The notes under the pieces were generated by a model. The model did no database searches. It was not told the DNA's origin and saw only the letters and a list, made by a program, of their open reading frames with translations. DNA of 64,000 nt, taken from contig OZ024745.1 of assembly GCA_964016885.1 (NCBI GenBank), positions 54,622,001 to 54,686,000 on the forward strand, in the 5' to 3' direction. Positions 25,760 to 39,962 of this stretch are shown here, piece by piece. Position 1 is the first letter of the stretch. The number at the start of each line of letters is the position of its first letter. Both the position numbers and the translations under genes were made by a program. This stretch comes from Eledone cirrhosa (taxonomy: Eukaryota).

Positions 25760-27880
25760 AATATTATCATGAACAAATGGATCTTCTGCCGGCTGGTTCT
25801 GCACGTAACGTCTATCCAGCGATTATTTCCTGAGGAATTCTAACCGTATTCCCTTAAAATTGGAGCTGTGATCTCTCAATTCAGATAAATAGCGGCTCTA
25901 CTTGGAACGACTTTCAGGTCCCCGAGATAAGCACACTATCAAATATTAGTGCAACAACTTCTACAAATCTTGCTCTTAATTCAGCCCCTTCCATGCTCCC
26001 AGTCGTACATGCGGCCTCAAGACAATTGATCTTCTCCACATGTTTCAGTAGAACTCTATAACCATGTTGAGTGCATTTCGCAGCCTTCCTTGAGAGGACA
26101 CTGTCTTAGTTTTCGCAGCACGGATTTGCATTCCAGGCCTTAATTAATACCAAGTCGTCTGCAAATTCCAATCGATTGATCCTACATCAGTTAGTCGTGA
26201 TATCACTTCAAGCAAGGCTGCGCATGTCTGGTATGTTCATGATTATTATGAATAGGGGACGTGTCAATACGCACCCTTTGCTAATCCGAGGCTCACATTA
26301 AATGGCTTCGATTCAACACTATTTATCCGAATACAAATAATCGATACTAAGACAACAAGAAAGTGTCCAGTGATCCCATACTTCTGCAGAACCTTCCACA
26401 GCAGGTCTCAAAGAATGCAGTCGTATGCAATTTGACGTCTACAAAGTTGGAATGCACCTCTTGGCAATACTCTCACGATTCCTTAAAGACCTGCTGCACT
26501 GTGAATATTTGGTTGGCTGTGCAGCGTCCGGGGCGAAAACCACACTGTTCATCAGCTAACCTGCACTGAACAATCACAGTACATCTCTTTACCATACACT
26601 TTAACGAGGGGGCTTAACAAGGAGATCCATCTATAATTAAAACAATCTCTCTTGTCACCCATTTTGAAAATTGGGAATACACTCCCGATTTCCTTTGTTT
26701 AGGTGTTTTCCAGAGATCCAGGCCACCTAGGAAACACATACCAGCCAGAGAATCCCTTTTCTAATTAGAGTTTTAACATCTAGGGTCAGATATAATTAAC
26801 CCCAGCGACTTTTCCACATTTGAACACTTTAACTGCTCTTATGACCTTAGACTCCGAGAGATATGTCATCGCCCTCGTTTAGATAAGAAAATGCTGTTGT
26901 GATCGTTAAAGCATTCTCTCCACTTCCTGATGATGCATCTGTCTGAAGATAGGAGAATCCTAGACTCTTACCTTATAGCATGTATGGAGGAAAACGTCTT
27001 ATTACGAAGTCAGTGGATTCTCTATCAGCCTCAACAGATTATGTGCTGATCTGGAGTCGGATTCTAATAAAACATTTAACTTTGGAGGCCTTTACTGTCT
27101 GTGCTCCGCATTTTCGTGCCTGCTTGTACTGCAAATGCAAGGAGGGCTTATATCCAAGCCAAGCTTTGTAGGTCTCCATCTTTGCTGAGAGGGTATCTTT
27201 TATCTATGGATTGAACCAAGGGGTTCTCTTGCAACCCGCCATTATACCTAGCTGCTTCAGCCCGCAGCTTTTAACAGTTGAAGCAGAAGCTATTGAGCCG
27301 AAATATCTTCACTCCCATTCAATGTTTTCAGTTTTTCTAGGGAGTTCTCTGAATTTGGATGAAATAGAATCCGCATACCTGATCTTGACTTCCTTTCCAC
27401 AAAAGCTTCTCACTTTATCCTGTAGGTCGACATGCAACAGCCAATGTTTTGAGAATTCTTGGTTTTTAATGCAGATAACTAGATGGTGATAATGTGGCAG
27501 CTCAGCCCCTCTTTTAATACGAACATCCTGTAGAGAATTGAAGAGTTCAAAGGCAATAACAAAATTAATTATTGACCTTTGTCTCTGATTCCCCATATAT
27601 AAGGTATATTTATGGGTGTTTCTGTGCTGGAAGAAGGTGTTCATATTAGAGAGTCTCTTGATAGAAGAGAAGCCTAATAAGGCCTCCTGATTCATATTTA
27701 GTTCGGGATCACCTTTCCTTCCTATCACTCTTTTCCATCTCAGGTGGGCTGTGTCAACATTTGCAAAGGAATCTCCTATTAGGATATATAACACCGCAGT
27801 TACTTTATCAAGGAAGGGTATTCGGAAGACCTTTTCTGCTAGAGATGTGTCGCAGATTGCGAAGAGCGGTACGGCCATCA
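25760..27880 (-). mobile_element. Decayed RTE-clade LINE (APE + RT remnants)
   Basis: ORF 27309-27878 has NTFFQHRNTHKYT, RSIINFVI, DVRIKRGAEL..HHLV; downstream RT relics (CGFRPGR, FVD.K, QKGCV, FADDLV) on minus strand. Confidence 0.75.
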
Positions 27881-30800
27881 GATACGATGGTTAATTACGA
27901 TATAGGCGGGCAGATGCCTGACGAATAAGCAATCCCAGACAAACAGCAGTAAACTGCTCGGGGAGATGAGGCAATGTGTGACACCTTCAGCTCCAAGAAA
28001 ATCTTCACAAACGTTGTAACTATGACGAAGCGAGTAAAGGCCGTCTGTATAAAGTCTAGTCTACCCAAGTCTGAGAAGAGTGTCAGGTTGGTGGCTGGCA
28101 CGAATAAGAGCACAAACACTGCAATATGGCAAAATATTACAAAAAGAATCATGCCGCATCGTCCGTCGCGCGGGTTATGAAGGGGCACGCTCAGAGTGGT
28201 CTGTTTGAAAAATATACTGTAGCCATGATTTCATGCTTAACACAATTATATTAATTTGGAGTCAATGAATGATCTTACAGCATGACAGATTCTTTATTCT
28301 ACCGCTCCAGCTGGTAGACAAAAAGAAAAAAATATTCTTCAAATCATAGTAGCGTCTTGCAAATAGGAAAACAAACATTCAATACAGCGGCTTTGGATAT
28401 GCTAAGTCTAAAATCATAGGAAGGGTCCGAACCATTTGGCCATGTCTGCTATGTCAGAGATAAACAGGAGTTAAATAACTTCAGCACATCAAAGAATGTT
28501 GATTAATTTTTGAAATCGATTCCCAACTTCTTTGTTTAGATCTCAACTGATAAAGCACAAAATGGAATCAAGCAATGTTTCAACTGAAAGCTAAGAAAGA
28601 CATGGTTAAATAACAAGAATCTTAATCTGGCGTCTTTATCGCTGTCTGATGTTCTTCGCTATTCCAAAGAATGAATATTGATATCACGATTTTCTTTTTA
28701 TCAAAGCATACCACACTACTTCTTGAGTTTCTTGCATCCAGTCGTAATAAATGAATGAAAGGAAGATTTGTCCTGGATGTATATGTAATGTATGTATGTA
28801 TGCACGTATATATGTATGCAGCCAGAAGCGCTTCTATTAATATTTTCTTGTGTGTATGCACACGTAGCGTGTATTAGAATAATGGACATAATTTAATGTA
28901 GGAATAAATACAGCTTGTAAGCTCCCATTGCAAAACGTTAGTCACAAAGGAACATTCTGTTGTTTTTTGTACCAAGAAATGTTTAAACCATTGTCGACAC
29001 ATGTTCTGTAGCTAATAGGTCGTTCATCAGTTGATAGGTACCATTATCCTATAATATATGGGGAAAAATTTAGTCAAACACTATTTATAACAGATACAAG
29101 CTCGGACATAAATAATATGGCCTGTCCAATTTGCATAATGTGTTTTCATTGGCGTCATAAATAATTAAACAATAACTATTCATTCACAACACATAGGATA
29201 TTAGGAAATATAAGACAAATCTAATATAGATATGACAGCAATTTATAAGTCTTTATACCAACATTCAACCAAATGTGAAGAGCCTTTTTGTTGTTCGCTT
29301 TCTACACAGAAAAACGAAGTTGAATTACAAATTGGCCATTCATAAGTAGAGGAGTATACTTATTCTGTCCATAAGAGGTCTATATAAATGCTATAAATAT
29401 CTAACACAAACTAACATGAAACTGAAATGGCTATTTTTGTTTGACAAGTATAAGCATGAGGTTCTGCTTTTGGTTTAATCGTGTGGTTGGCAGTGTAGCC
29501 GATGATCATCATTATTGTTGACAATTATCAGCAGGCGATATTATTTTGGAGTCAACTGTGTGATTAGTAGTGCTGGTTATAATGTTAACAAGCATTAACA
29601 AGGGATTCTGTTTTAGGATTAGTGACAGGCGTTTGTCTTGTGATGTGATTAAAAACAACGTGTCATGAAGCGGTCTGTTGTTTACAGCAGTAGTATATGG
29701 TGTGTATGCATTAAAGGTGGTGAGCATGGTTCTGTTTTTATGATTACCATAGAATTTCTTTGCGAGGCAGAGATCACAGATTTTATATCTGATTTACATG
29801 GGGATGCTTTATTTTGTGTCTATTTTTACATTCTTCGATATCCAAATGAGACTGGGCAGAACAATGCAATTCTTTTAATGTCAATGCTCTTCATGGGATA
29901 AGTTTCTACTTTGCTGCAGTTACATGCTGATTCGTCTCTTAATTAGTGTTGCTGTAGGATACATGCTTGTGATTCTTCTTTATGAAACTGGACATTTTAG
30001 TCATACAGCCGAGTCTTAAGATGTACGTTGATTTGTTCAACAGCTTGTCTAATCCGAGTTTAACTAATGATTAACAGGAATCTTTTTGCATATATTTCAG
30101 AGGCATTTTACGATTTGTTATGCTATTGCCACAATGAATAGGATACAAAAGCAAATGCACTGCACCCTTACGTCTACCGTCGATAGTCCATAGTTGTATT
30201 ACACAATGATAAAGAAGCAACAAAAGTCAGTTTATTCGACTGTATAAGAAAATACACAACGCTCATGACTGATCAACGAAAACGTATGGATGGACATAAT
30301 TTTTTTGCAGAACTGTTACATATAGACAGTCAATCGAATATACACGTGTATAGTTCCTCCTGTATGATGAATGGATTTAAATATCATTTAGGTCAGTTGT
30401 GGGAGGTATCCTATTAGGAAACGAACACTTTGAAAGAACAACACTATTATTTTCTTCCATATAGATTAATTCATTGAAGGAGTTCTCATCGACACTTTCA
30501 TTGGGGAAGAATTGGAATAACAATTTGAGAGTTGTTATTTTTCTGTTTGAAATATTACATTTCTCTGTCTTTCTTCTTCTCCTCACCTTCCCTCCATTTC
30601 AACTTTAGAGAAATATCCTCTTAACCAAAGATCTAAATCGAATTTATAAAAGTAACACATTTGTTTGCAAAGCAGCACCCCGCTTCATCTATAGAGTGCT
30701 TTAAAATAACCCTGATTAAAATAATAAGAATAAGAATAACAATAATAATAATAAGAAAAATAATAATAATAATGATAATAATAACAGTAATGATAATAAT

Positions 30801-30909
30801 AATACACACACATATATGTATACATATAATTATACAAATAAAATATAGAGTTATTAACTCATATAGATACCCTGCAGTTAACAACCTCAAAGTATAAATA
30901 CTGAGCATT

Positions 30910-31510
30910 ATAATGTGTAGAAGTAAACAGAGTAAACCCATGCCTAAAATTACGAGGGTAGATTACACCACACATTTTATATATCATTCAACCTGAATTA
31001 TATGGGATGTTACAATATTTCTTACAAGATTTCTCATACATACCATATCAATAACCATTTCATCTCCCGGACAGACTAAATATTTAATCTGTTTCGCCCT
31101 GAATGAATCGTGTATTTTGGCCCATTATCTGTTGAGCTTATAAAAATGAGTGTAAATAGGCTATTATTTCTAGCATAACCACTCCCACCGCATATGACTT
31201 TCAACGCACGAGGTGTAAACTTTAGTGAGTTTATCGTTATGGGTGTTATGTAACATTTAGTTTTATCTCTCACTGACGAAATGCCTACGGATTACTTGTT
31301 ACAAACACGATTCATTCAGGGCGAAACAGATTAAATTTTGAGTCTGTCCGGGAGATGAAATGATTATTGATATGGTATGTATGAGAAATCTTGTAGGAAA
31401 TCTTGTAACATCCCATATGATTCAGGTTGAATAATATATAACATTTGTGGTGTAATCTACCCTCGTAATTTTAGGCATGGGTTTACTGTTTACTTCTACA
31501 CATATTAATA
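30910..31510. repeat. Inverted repeat, ~200-bp arms with ~190-bp spacer
   Basis: 30910-31113 mirrors ~31305-31510 (e.g. AGTAAACCCATGCCTAAAATTACGAGGGTAGATTACACCACA / TGTGGTGTAATCTACCCTCGTAATTTTAGGCATGGGTTTACT). Confidence 0.9.
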
Positions 31511-31599
31511 GATATAATTATATACATTTATAATTATATACTTATATATACATATATAGATACATATATACATACATATACATATACATATGTATAGTG

Positions 31600-32202
31600 G
31601 CTGCCAACTCGTTTTCGAGTACGGCTCCTACTTTATATCCATGTAGGAGAACCCCTACCGATGCGCTAAACGAGTGTGACTTTTTAGTCCAGCCAGCGAC
31701 ATGAAAATTCTGGTACAAACACTACACTTGTGACAATTATTGACACATAGTGCTAAGCCCATGGTACCATGTGACGACAAGTGCAGAGAGATCTCCAGAT
31801 ATAAAGCAATGCCTGTGCCGTGAAGCTTTTATAGTGAGGAAATGCACTGCAGAAAGCCAGTCCCACTCTCTTAACCAAGATGATATTTACCAAAAAGAAG
31901 AACAAGTCAACATCATTGGATACCATCAGGGTTGCAGGTGTTATATCAGAGTTTTCCTTCTCCTAGAATTCTGCCTTGACAAAGGCTAAGGGGTCATCTC
32001 TCCCGGTGATTTTGGATGGCCATTGACTCTTAAGAGCTCCTTTGCCCTTTGACAGGTTTTGTTTTTAGTCCTGCAGGATGTCCAGAGTCACCCTCCTCAC
32101 CAAGAAACCTTGGTGGGGTTGCCAGTTTAGTCGCCAACGACCCGACCATGAGACAGGTTGTACTGGGATACATGTTGCCAGTAGCACCAACTGGTGACCT
32201 GA
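31600..32202 (-). mobile_element. Probable LINE 5'UTR/non-autonomous retroelement fragment
   Basis: GC-elevated island with sharp boundaries between (TA/CA)n tracts; no coding motif recognised; family assignment is a guess. Confidence 0.35.
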
Positions 32203-32250
32203 CATATACATATATACATACATATATATATACATACACGCACATACGTG

Positions 32251-32293
<43 letters not shown>

Positions 32294-32499
32294 CTGTGTG
32301 TGTGTGTGGTATAAGGAGTGAGACAGAAGAAAGAAATCAATAGAGGAGAGGGAAAGCCATCTGGTACACAATATTCAGGTAAGATAAATTATGTATCCAC
32401 TAAACAATATAAAACGGCGAGAATCTCATTCATCAAAGGATTGTTTGAAGTATAGTACTTGATACATACATCCGGATTTACAATATGATATTATATACA

Positions 32500-32609
<110 letters not shown>

Positions 32610-34452
32610 AATATGTGTGTGACTCTGTCTCTATGTGTGTTCGTATGTACATACCGTATAGAAATGACTTATATATGACTAGAGGTTCCTTCGTTTGAAA
32701 TCAGCAGGACATTTCTGATGGTTTCAATCGAATGAAAAATTTCTAATCGTGTAAAAAACATTTCTTTATTAAGATTAATTTGTGAATTCAATACTAATGT
32801 ATTGAGCGCCTTATTAAACTATTCTTACTCTTCGTTCATTTTTGAAAGCCATTTTTAGTTCTCTGTAAACTTATATATATATATATGACACAAAGATATA
32901 TATATATATATATACATATATACTATGGAAATGGCTTATACAAGACTGAACTGTTTCATTCGAAGGAAATCATCAGGATTAAGTAAAACCCTGTTAAACC
33001 ATTAATCACCAGACTACTCGATACTTTGGGTAATATGAAAGAGTCAGGACCCCGACGGCTGAGCTCCAGCCGTTTCAACAGTTAGTTCCGAACAAACTGT
33101 TGATAGTAGCATCGAGAAACAATCAGCATATTTCAGGGTCATTACTCTTCATCGGTACTTTATACCTCTATGCTACTCGATTAAAGTCAAATCTTCAGTG
33201 AAGCCATATTTGAATGGATGTGTTCGCTCATTTCTCCTTAACTGAAGACCTCTAAAGAAAGGGGTTATAATTAGTAGTTAGGAATGTAGTGTAAGGGAGT
33301 GGGTAATACTTTTTGCTGTATTTGCTTTGTGTAAAGTGACAGATATAGTAGGCTTATTTAGATATTATGAAGTGAGAGATAGTGGGTTAATTAGAAGGAA
33401 TTTATAAAATTGGAAAATTGTTTGGCTTGGAGCCAATGTAAGGATGGATGAACATGAAGGGAGAGCGGGTGAGAATTAATTGGGGAAGGGGTTACCGTAG
33501 CTGGTTCACTGGATGTTGATTAATTTATCTATCTATTTACCTCTCTATCTCTCTTTCTCTCCCTCTCTATCTATCTGTACATGCATACATACATTTTATC
33601 ACCTACATATATTTCTAAATCTTAAGTTAATTAATTTATGTTCGTATTCATATTTATTTTTCAGTCAAAGAATTTAGCTTTTCGTTGTATATCTGATTTA
33701 TAGAAATTGGGTGTATTCAAATAACTTGCAAAGCATGTTATTATGACTTGCAAACTTCGCCTTTTACAATATCATCGCCGCACATATCCTTATATATAAA
33801 CAACCTAAACGTTTAATGTAACCTGTAAATTTTATCTACATTTCTCCCTATCCAATTCTACTTTTAGTGTTTTCATTTTTATCACACATATATATATATA
33901 TATATATTAATGAATATTGAGAACAAATTAAGCATAACTACTACATTGGAGACATTTTTTTCATTTCATTAAAGCATTTCTCCAGCTTCCCCCAGGCATA
34001 TTTTTTGTGATATTTATTTATTTGTAACAACACCTACATATTTCATGTTAAAGATATTAACCAACTTTCTGAATTGCTTTGACAATTGATGCAGAAAATA
34101 ACTGGTTAAGAAGGGAATACGGTAATTTTGCAATATATGTTATATTGCATCTAACACAATATAAATATATACCAATATCAGGAGTTTATTACTCATGCTT
34201 ATACTATTATTTTTAAATATGCTTTCTTCGGTCTAATTTTTATGTTAGAAATTTATAGAGCAATATGAAATTTGTAAAATCAAAATTTAATGAAGAATAC
34301 GACATATAATTTTACAGGAACATAATTTTTATTCAGAAAAATGTCCACTCACACGCAGGCACACACACAGACACACAGATACACACACAATCGCATGCAT
34401 TGTATATGTATATATGCATGTATGTGTGTGTGTATGTGTGTATGTATGTATG

Positions 34453-34530
<78 letters not shown>

Positions 34531-35724
34531 TAGACATACATACATATATATATATCTATATCACAGAAAAAAGAGAATCAGTGTAGCGACGAAAGGAATT
34601 TATTGGACATATCACAATTGTTTCTCGGGCGACCAGCTCGAGGCACGATCGATATGGTGATCAAACCTGACTCTGAAATCGAGCGGTCCTCGGATACGTC
34701 TCGATTCTACGAAGAAGATTTTCCTATTCCAATTATATATATATAATTATATAAAATCAATTCACAATTTCATTAAAGTTTCACAGGACTTAAAAAAATA
34801 TACCCACGATGTCATAAGACATTTCAGGTCCTGACTGAGAAGGCTCTTCATACTTATTATTAAGTCTGATTGACAGTGGCTGATGTACATTACGTGGAGG
34901 GCTCGATGACTAACAATTGCTGCTCACCGTGGCTAGGTATGACCTCTGCAATATATGTTGTTAATGTATAATGCGATATTGTGTCAGACGCACTGTGGGA
35001 TATTTCGAAATACCGCAGATGTTTCTTCGCCAGTCCTCCTTTCGGGGCCGATAAGGAAACTACAATTCTAGTGCTGGCAAGGCTCTTTCACTCATTAGCT
35101 ACAACATCGTGGAAGTTCGTCTGCGTTAAGACTAGGAAGACAAACAGTGTTCCTGTCTCACGGTGTCTATATGATCTCATAAAACCATTAACTAAAGCGT
35201 GTTTTTCTAGAAACTTATACTCTATTGCAAGTGTGAGCTGTACATTTTTATGTGTCTGTACACGGAGATGAATATGTATACATGAAGACATATATAAACA
35301 AATAGTTATACGAGGATACATAAGTAAAATTACAAAATGCATATCGGTATAGAAAACTATTCTTGGTATATCTTAAATATACTGGATATTGTATGAATCT
35401 ACTTAAGTAGATTTTACTGCAACTGTCTACTGCTATAACATGTGTTTTTGGAAATAGAAATAAAAACTTTACCTCGAATATGGTTTACTGAACCGTATCC
35501 TGTTTAATAGCTTGTAGCCTACTTCTCATGGAAACATTCCTACCTCTTCAGCTGAAACACAACTCATACATATTTTATTATCAAACCAATACACAAATCA
35601 GTATTAAAATAACACACTCACACACAGAAACACACTCATAGACACACACAGACACTCACATAGACTCACACACATACCTATATACATATGTGTGTGTGCG
35701 CGTGTGTGTGTGTATGTATGTATT

Positions 35725-35790
<66 letters not shown>

Positions 35791-35857
35791 AACATCAATC
35801 TTTAACATTAATTTTGGTACATGTTATAAAATTTATATATATATATATATATTTATA

Positions 35858-36004
<147 letters not shown>

Positions 36005-36663
36005 AATATTATTAAAAAAAGATCTGGAAAGCGCACCTGGTATATTTATTAAGGAACTTTATAACATGTAACAAAATTCAAGTTAAAAATTGATGTTTAG
36101 CAAAGCCTACTTTCTCCGTACTGGATTAGTAAAACATTTGTTATTACATTAAATTATTTTTCTTGTTAAAACTCCTGCATGCTGATTCTCAACCACTTTT
36201 GTTTGGGTGGCTTCTGTCCCTGCTAAAGTATAAAAACTGATCTTTTGTGTAGACAATTATAATCTGTTACAAGGGGAGTAACTCCACCTTCTTTTAGTAT
36301 TGAATAATTATGTTGCAGGTAAGTTTAATCTTGGTTTGAACTTTCTGATAAAGTTTTTCACTTGTTCTGTGATTTCATAATAACATTGGTACGATGAGAA
36401 AACAACGAAGTTTGGCAATGTTTTGCTTCCGCATTTTTCTTTATGTTTGCTTAGATGGATGTTTCTAGTATACGGGACTCTGATTGGCTGCCTATGAACT
36501 GTCATTCTTTCTCGGAGTGTCAACCCCGTCTGTCCTACATGATGTTCGTGGCAACCTCAGCAGGTTATGAAAGTTTTCCAAGTTGCATGAGAAGTTATTT
36601 CTAACTTTGAAGATAGGTTCGAATTTGACTTGGAATTCGTGTCCTTCAAATATATATATATAT

Positions 36664-37013
36664 ATATTGGTAAAAGGAAAAGAAAATGCTGACAAATAGT
36701 TCCCAGTGAAAATTAGTTTAATTAGGAATAAGTAAAAATTAGTAATAAGTATTTAGTTAGTATTCAGTTTTGGTTTTAAATTTTTACCGGTTGCGCATTT
36801 ATAATGCTTTTCAAAAATAATTTAGAGATAGAGCGCACATGATGTTTGCTCTACTTAGAGAAATTATTTTTGAAAAGCATTAGAAATTCGCAATCGGTAA
36901 AAACTTAAAACCAAAATTGAATACTAACCAATACTAATTTTTACTTATTCCTAATGAAACTATTTTTCACTGGGAACAATTTGTCAGCTTTTTCTTTTCC
37001 TTTTACCAATATA
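36664..37013. repeat. Inverted repeat (~160-bp arms) with degenerate U3-A8 HHR
   Basis: 36664-36825 mirrors ~36861-37013; minus strand TTGAAAA-GCAT(tataa)ATGC-GCAA-CCGG-TA (GAAA changed to GCAA in both arms). Confidence 0.85.
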
Positions 37014-37039
37014 TCACAACTCGTGTGTTACACCTCTAT

Positions 37040-37219
<180 letters not shown>

Positions 37220-37509
37220 GGATGCATATAATGACGTATAAGAGAGGTTTATGCACAACAAACATATAATAGTCTCGCTGTGAATGTTTTATGAAGTAGT
37301 CAGCTGTCGCATTAGCTGTTGACAATTCCAAATACGCGTTTTGGGATTTTTATCCATCACCGGTGACATTTAATCAATCGGTACTGAGACAGGCATAAGG
37401 TAAAAACTCGAATTCATTTGTTTTGCATATAAAACTGGTCATTTTCATCTATCAATAACCATGCCATATTGGTTCTAATGGTGTCGTATATATCTATCTA
37501 TATCTATAT

Positions 37510-37577
<68 letters not shown>

Positions 37578-37601
37578 AACATATATATATATATGCATAT
37601 A

Positions 37602-37642
<41 letters not shown>

Positions 37643-37663
37643 ATATATATATATATGCATATA

Positions 37664-37703
<40 letters not shown>

Positions 37704-37912
37704 TATGTGTATGTACATACCTATATGTATACATACGTACAGTAGTATGTATATGTATATATATACATATGCACACATATATATATATATGTACGTATGG
37801 ATTCACCGAACATTTATTATAATGCTCGGTGTATTTGTAAACAAACATCCCGAATTAAGCCATACAGTGTCTAGCAACCATCGTTGCTCATTTGTTCAAC
37901 ACTGACAAAGGA

Positions 37913-37955
37913 ACGGTGTACTAGTTTCAAGCTTATTAGCTATTGTCAGCAACGT
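37913..37955 (-). ncRNA. Hammerhead motif, unit 1 (G8A, probably inactive)
   Basis: ACGTTG-CTGACAA-tAGCT(aata)AGCTt-GAAA-CTAG-TA-CACCGT. Confidence 0.65.
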
Positions 37956-38347
37956 ATACCTTCCTGCCTGAAGATTGAACGTCTGAAAGTATATACTTTC
38001 CTTATGCATATTAATGGCTGAGCAGCCTAATTTGCATATCGAGTGAGTTAATCGGCCGGAGTACCGAATACGATAAACGGAAAAAATGAAACGAAATTTC
38101 ATTTCTCACTCTTAGTACGGCTGTTACTTAAATATAAGTATATATACGTACATGCATATATGTATACAGACGTACAGTAGTATGTATATATATATATACA
38201 TACATGCACATATATATATATATATCTACGTATGGATTCACCGAACATTTATTATAATGCTCGGTGTGTGTTTAAACAAACATCCCGAATTAAGCCGTAC
38301 AGTGTCTAGCAACCATCGTTGCTCATTTGTTCAATACTGACAAAGGA

Positions 38348-38390
38348 ACGCTGTACTAGTTTCAAGCTTATTAGCTATCGTCAGCAACGT
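38348..38390 (-). ncRNA. Type I hammerhead ribozyme, unit 2
   Basis: ACGTTG-CTGACGA-tAGCT(aata)AGCTt-GAAA-CTAG-TA^-CAGCGT: complete core, 6-bp stem I, palindromic stem III ACTAGT, GUA cleavage triplet. Confidence 0.85.
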
Positions 38391-38616
38391 ATACCTTCCT
38401 GCCAGATGGTTGAACGTCTGAAAATATATACTTTCCTTATGCATATTAATGGCTGAGCAGCCAAATTTGCATATAGAGTGAGTTAATCGGCTGGGGTACC
38501 GAAAACGATAAACGGAAAAAATGAAACAAAATTTCATTTCTCACTCTTAGTACGGCTGGTACTTAAATATAAGTATGTATAGTACATACATATATGTATA
38601 TAGACGTACAGTAGTA

Positions 38617-38676
<60 letters not shown>

Positions 38677-38817
38677 CATGCACACATATATATATTTACG
38701 TATGGATTCACCGAACATTTATTATAATGCTCGGTGTGTGTGTAAACAAACATGCCGAATTAAGCCGTACAGTGTCTAGCAACCATCGTTGCTCATTTGT
38801 TCAATACTGATAAAGGA

Positions 38818-38860
38818 ACGCTGTACTAGTTTCAAGCTTATTAGCTATCGTCAGCAACGT
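38818..38860 (-). ncRNA. Type I hammerhead ribozyme, unit 3
   Basis: Identical to the unit 2 motif. Confidence 0.85.
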
Positions 38861-39043
38861 ATATTTTACTGCCAGATGGTTAAACGTCTGAAAGTATATA
38901 CTTTCCTTTCTAGCAGACGCGACGCCCAGTCCTATTTATAAGTTAAAAATTAATACAACAACATTCGGTCTGCATTGACTACTTCTCAGAACATGAGAAA
39001 TATAAAGGTAATTTGTATTTTATTGGAACTTATAACAAGAAAT

Positions 39044-39171
39044 TTTACTCTGACGATTAGTTCCACGTCTCCCGGAGCTTTATCAAAATCGATAATCGGT
39101 AATCGATAAGCGATTACTTAGATCGAATTTCAATACGGTTATAGGAACTCAGAAACGGCGCTGTAAGGAAT
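39044..39171 (+). ncRNA. Candidate hammerhead with ~95-nt domain II
   Basis: CTGACGA (39050)-ttAGTTCC...GGAACTca-GAAA (39152)-CGGCGCTG-TA^-AGGAA. Confidence 0.5.
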
Positions 39172-39610
39172 ATAATTACTTTCCACCTTAACGTTTTTGA
39201 TGTTTCCTAAATATTATAGGTTTTTATATATATGTATAAAATACTATGTGTTTCTCTAAGGATATATGGTTATATACATACATTTTTTAGTTTTGAATTA
39301 TATATATATATTGAAAAGATATCAAGGACGATTGTTAATAGATAACAAGTACGATTAAAATGGTAGTAGAAAATAGGGGGTGCGTCAAGCTGCGGATTAC
39401 AGAGTCGGGTAAGATCGATACAGATCGAACCTTGAGCTGATCAGTGGCGAAACGCGCGTCACCACCCAATAAATGTAATGAAGGAGTAACCAATCGTCCT
39501 TGTTATCTTTTCAATATAATACACTCTGTATAGTTCTACACCTCGACACAGAAGTGAACCTAAACATCGACTCTCACCCGGGTGAACCTACAATAACTCT
39601 AACTTACACT

Positions 39611-39704
<94 letters not shown>

Positions 39705-39962
39705 ATATAAAATGTGCAGACCACATTACGATCGGTCGACTGTGATGCAGATAAAATGAAGCGCCCGACGACGTCCATAAATGGTACAAGCCGGAGCATT
39801 ATGTAGTAATCAAATATTGGAGTCCATGCGCAATTGAGTTAGGTTCAGTTAAATAAACCTAAATCAATTGCTTATGACAGCAGATGTTTTAAATATTTTA
39901 TATATATATATATATATATACAATATTAAATAAATGGAAAACTATATTTATAAAACCATATT

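Larger units (their letters stand above)
37703..38908 (-). repeat. Tandem array, ~2.7 units of 435-470 bp, one HHR per unit (retrozyme-like)
   Basis: GTATGGATTCACCGAACATTTATTATAATGCTCGGTG recurs at ~37795, 38230 and 38700; HHR spacing is 435 and 470 bp, the difference being an internal (TA)n. Confidence 0.92.

Noticed and set aside
27895-28200. GC-elevated island with 97-aa (-) and 68-aa (+) ORFs
   Set aside because: No motif recognised; adjacent to a decayed RTE and probably TE-derived.
29000-30400. Possible ancient Penelope-like RT/EN on the minus strand
   Set aside because: Only vague motif echoes; not supportable without a profile search.
37703-38908. CRISPR-like array
   Set aside because: Whole 435-bp units repeat with no unique spacers, no cas genes, and the context is eukaryotic.
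39425-39470. GAAACGCGCGTC as a complete hammerhead
   Set aside because: Good stem III half, but no convincing CTGANGA core with matching stem I upstream.
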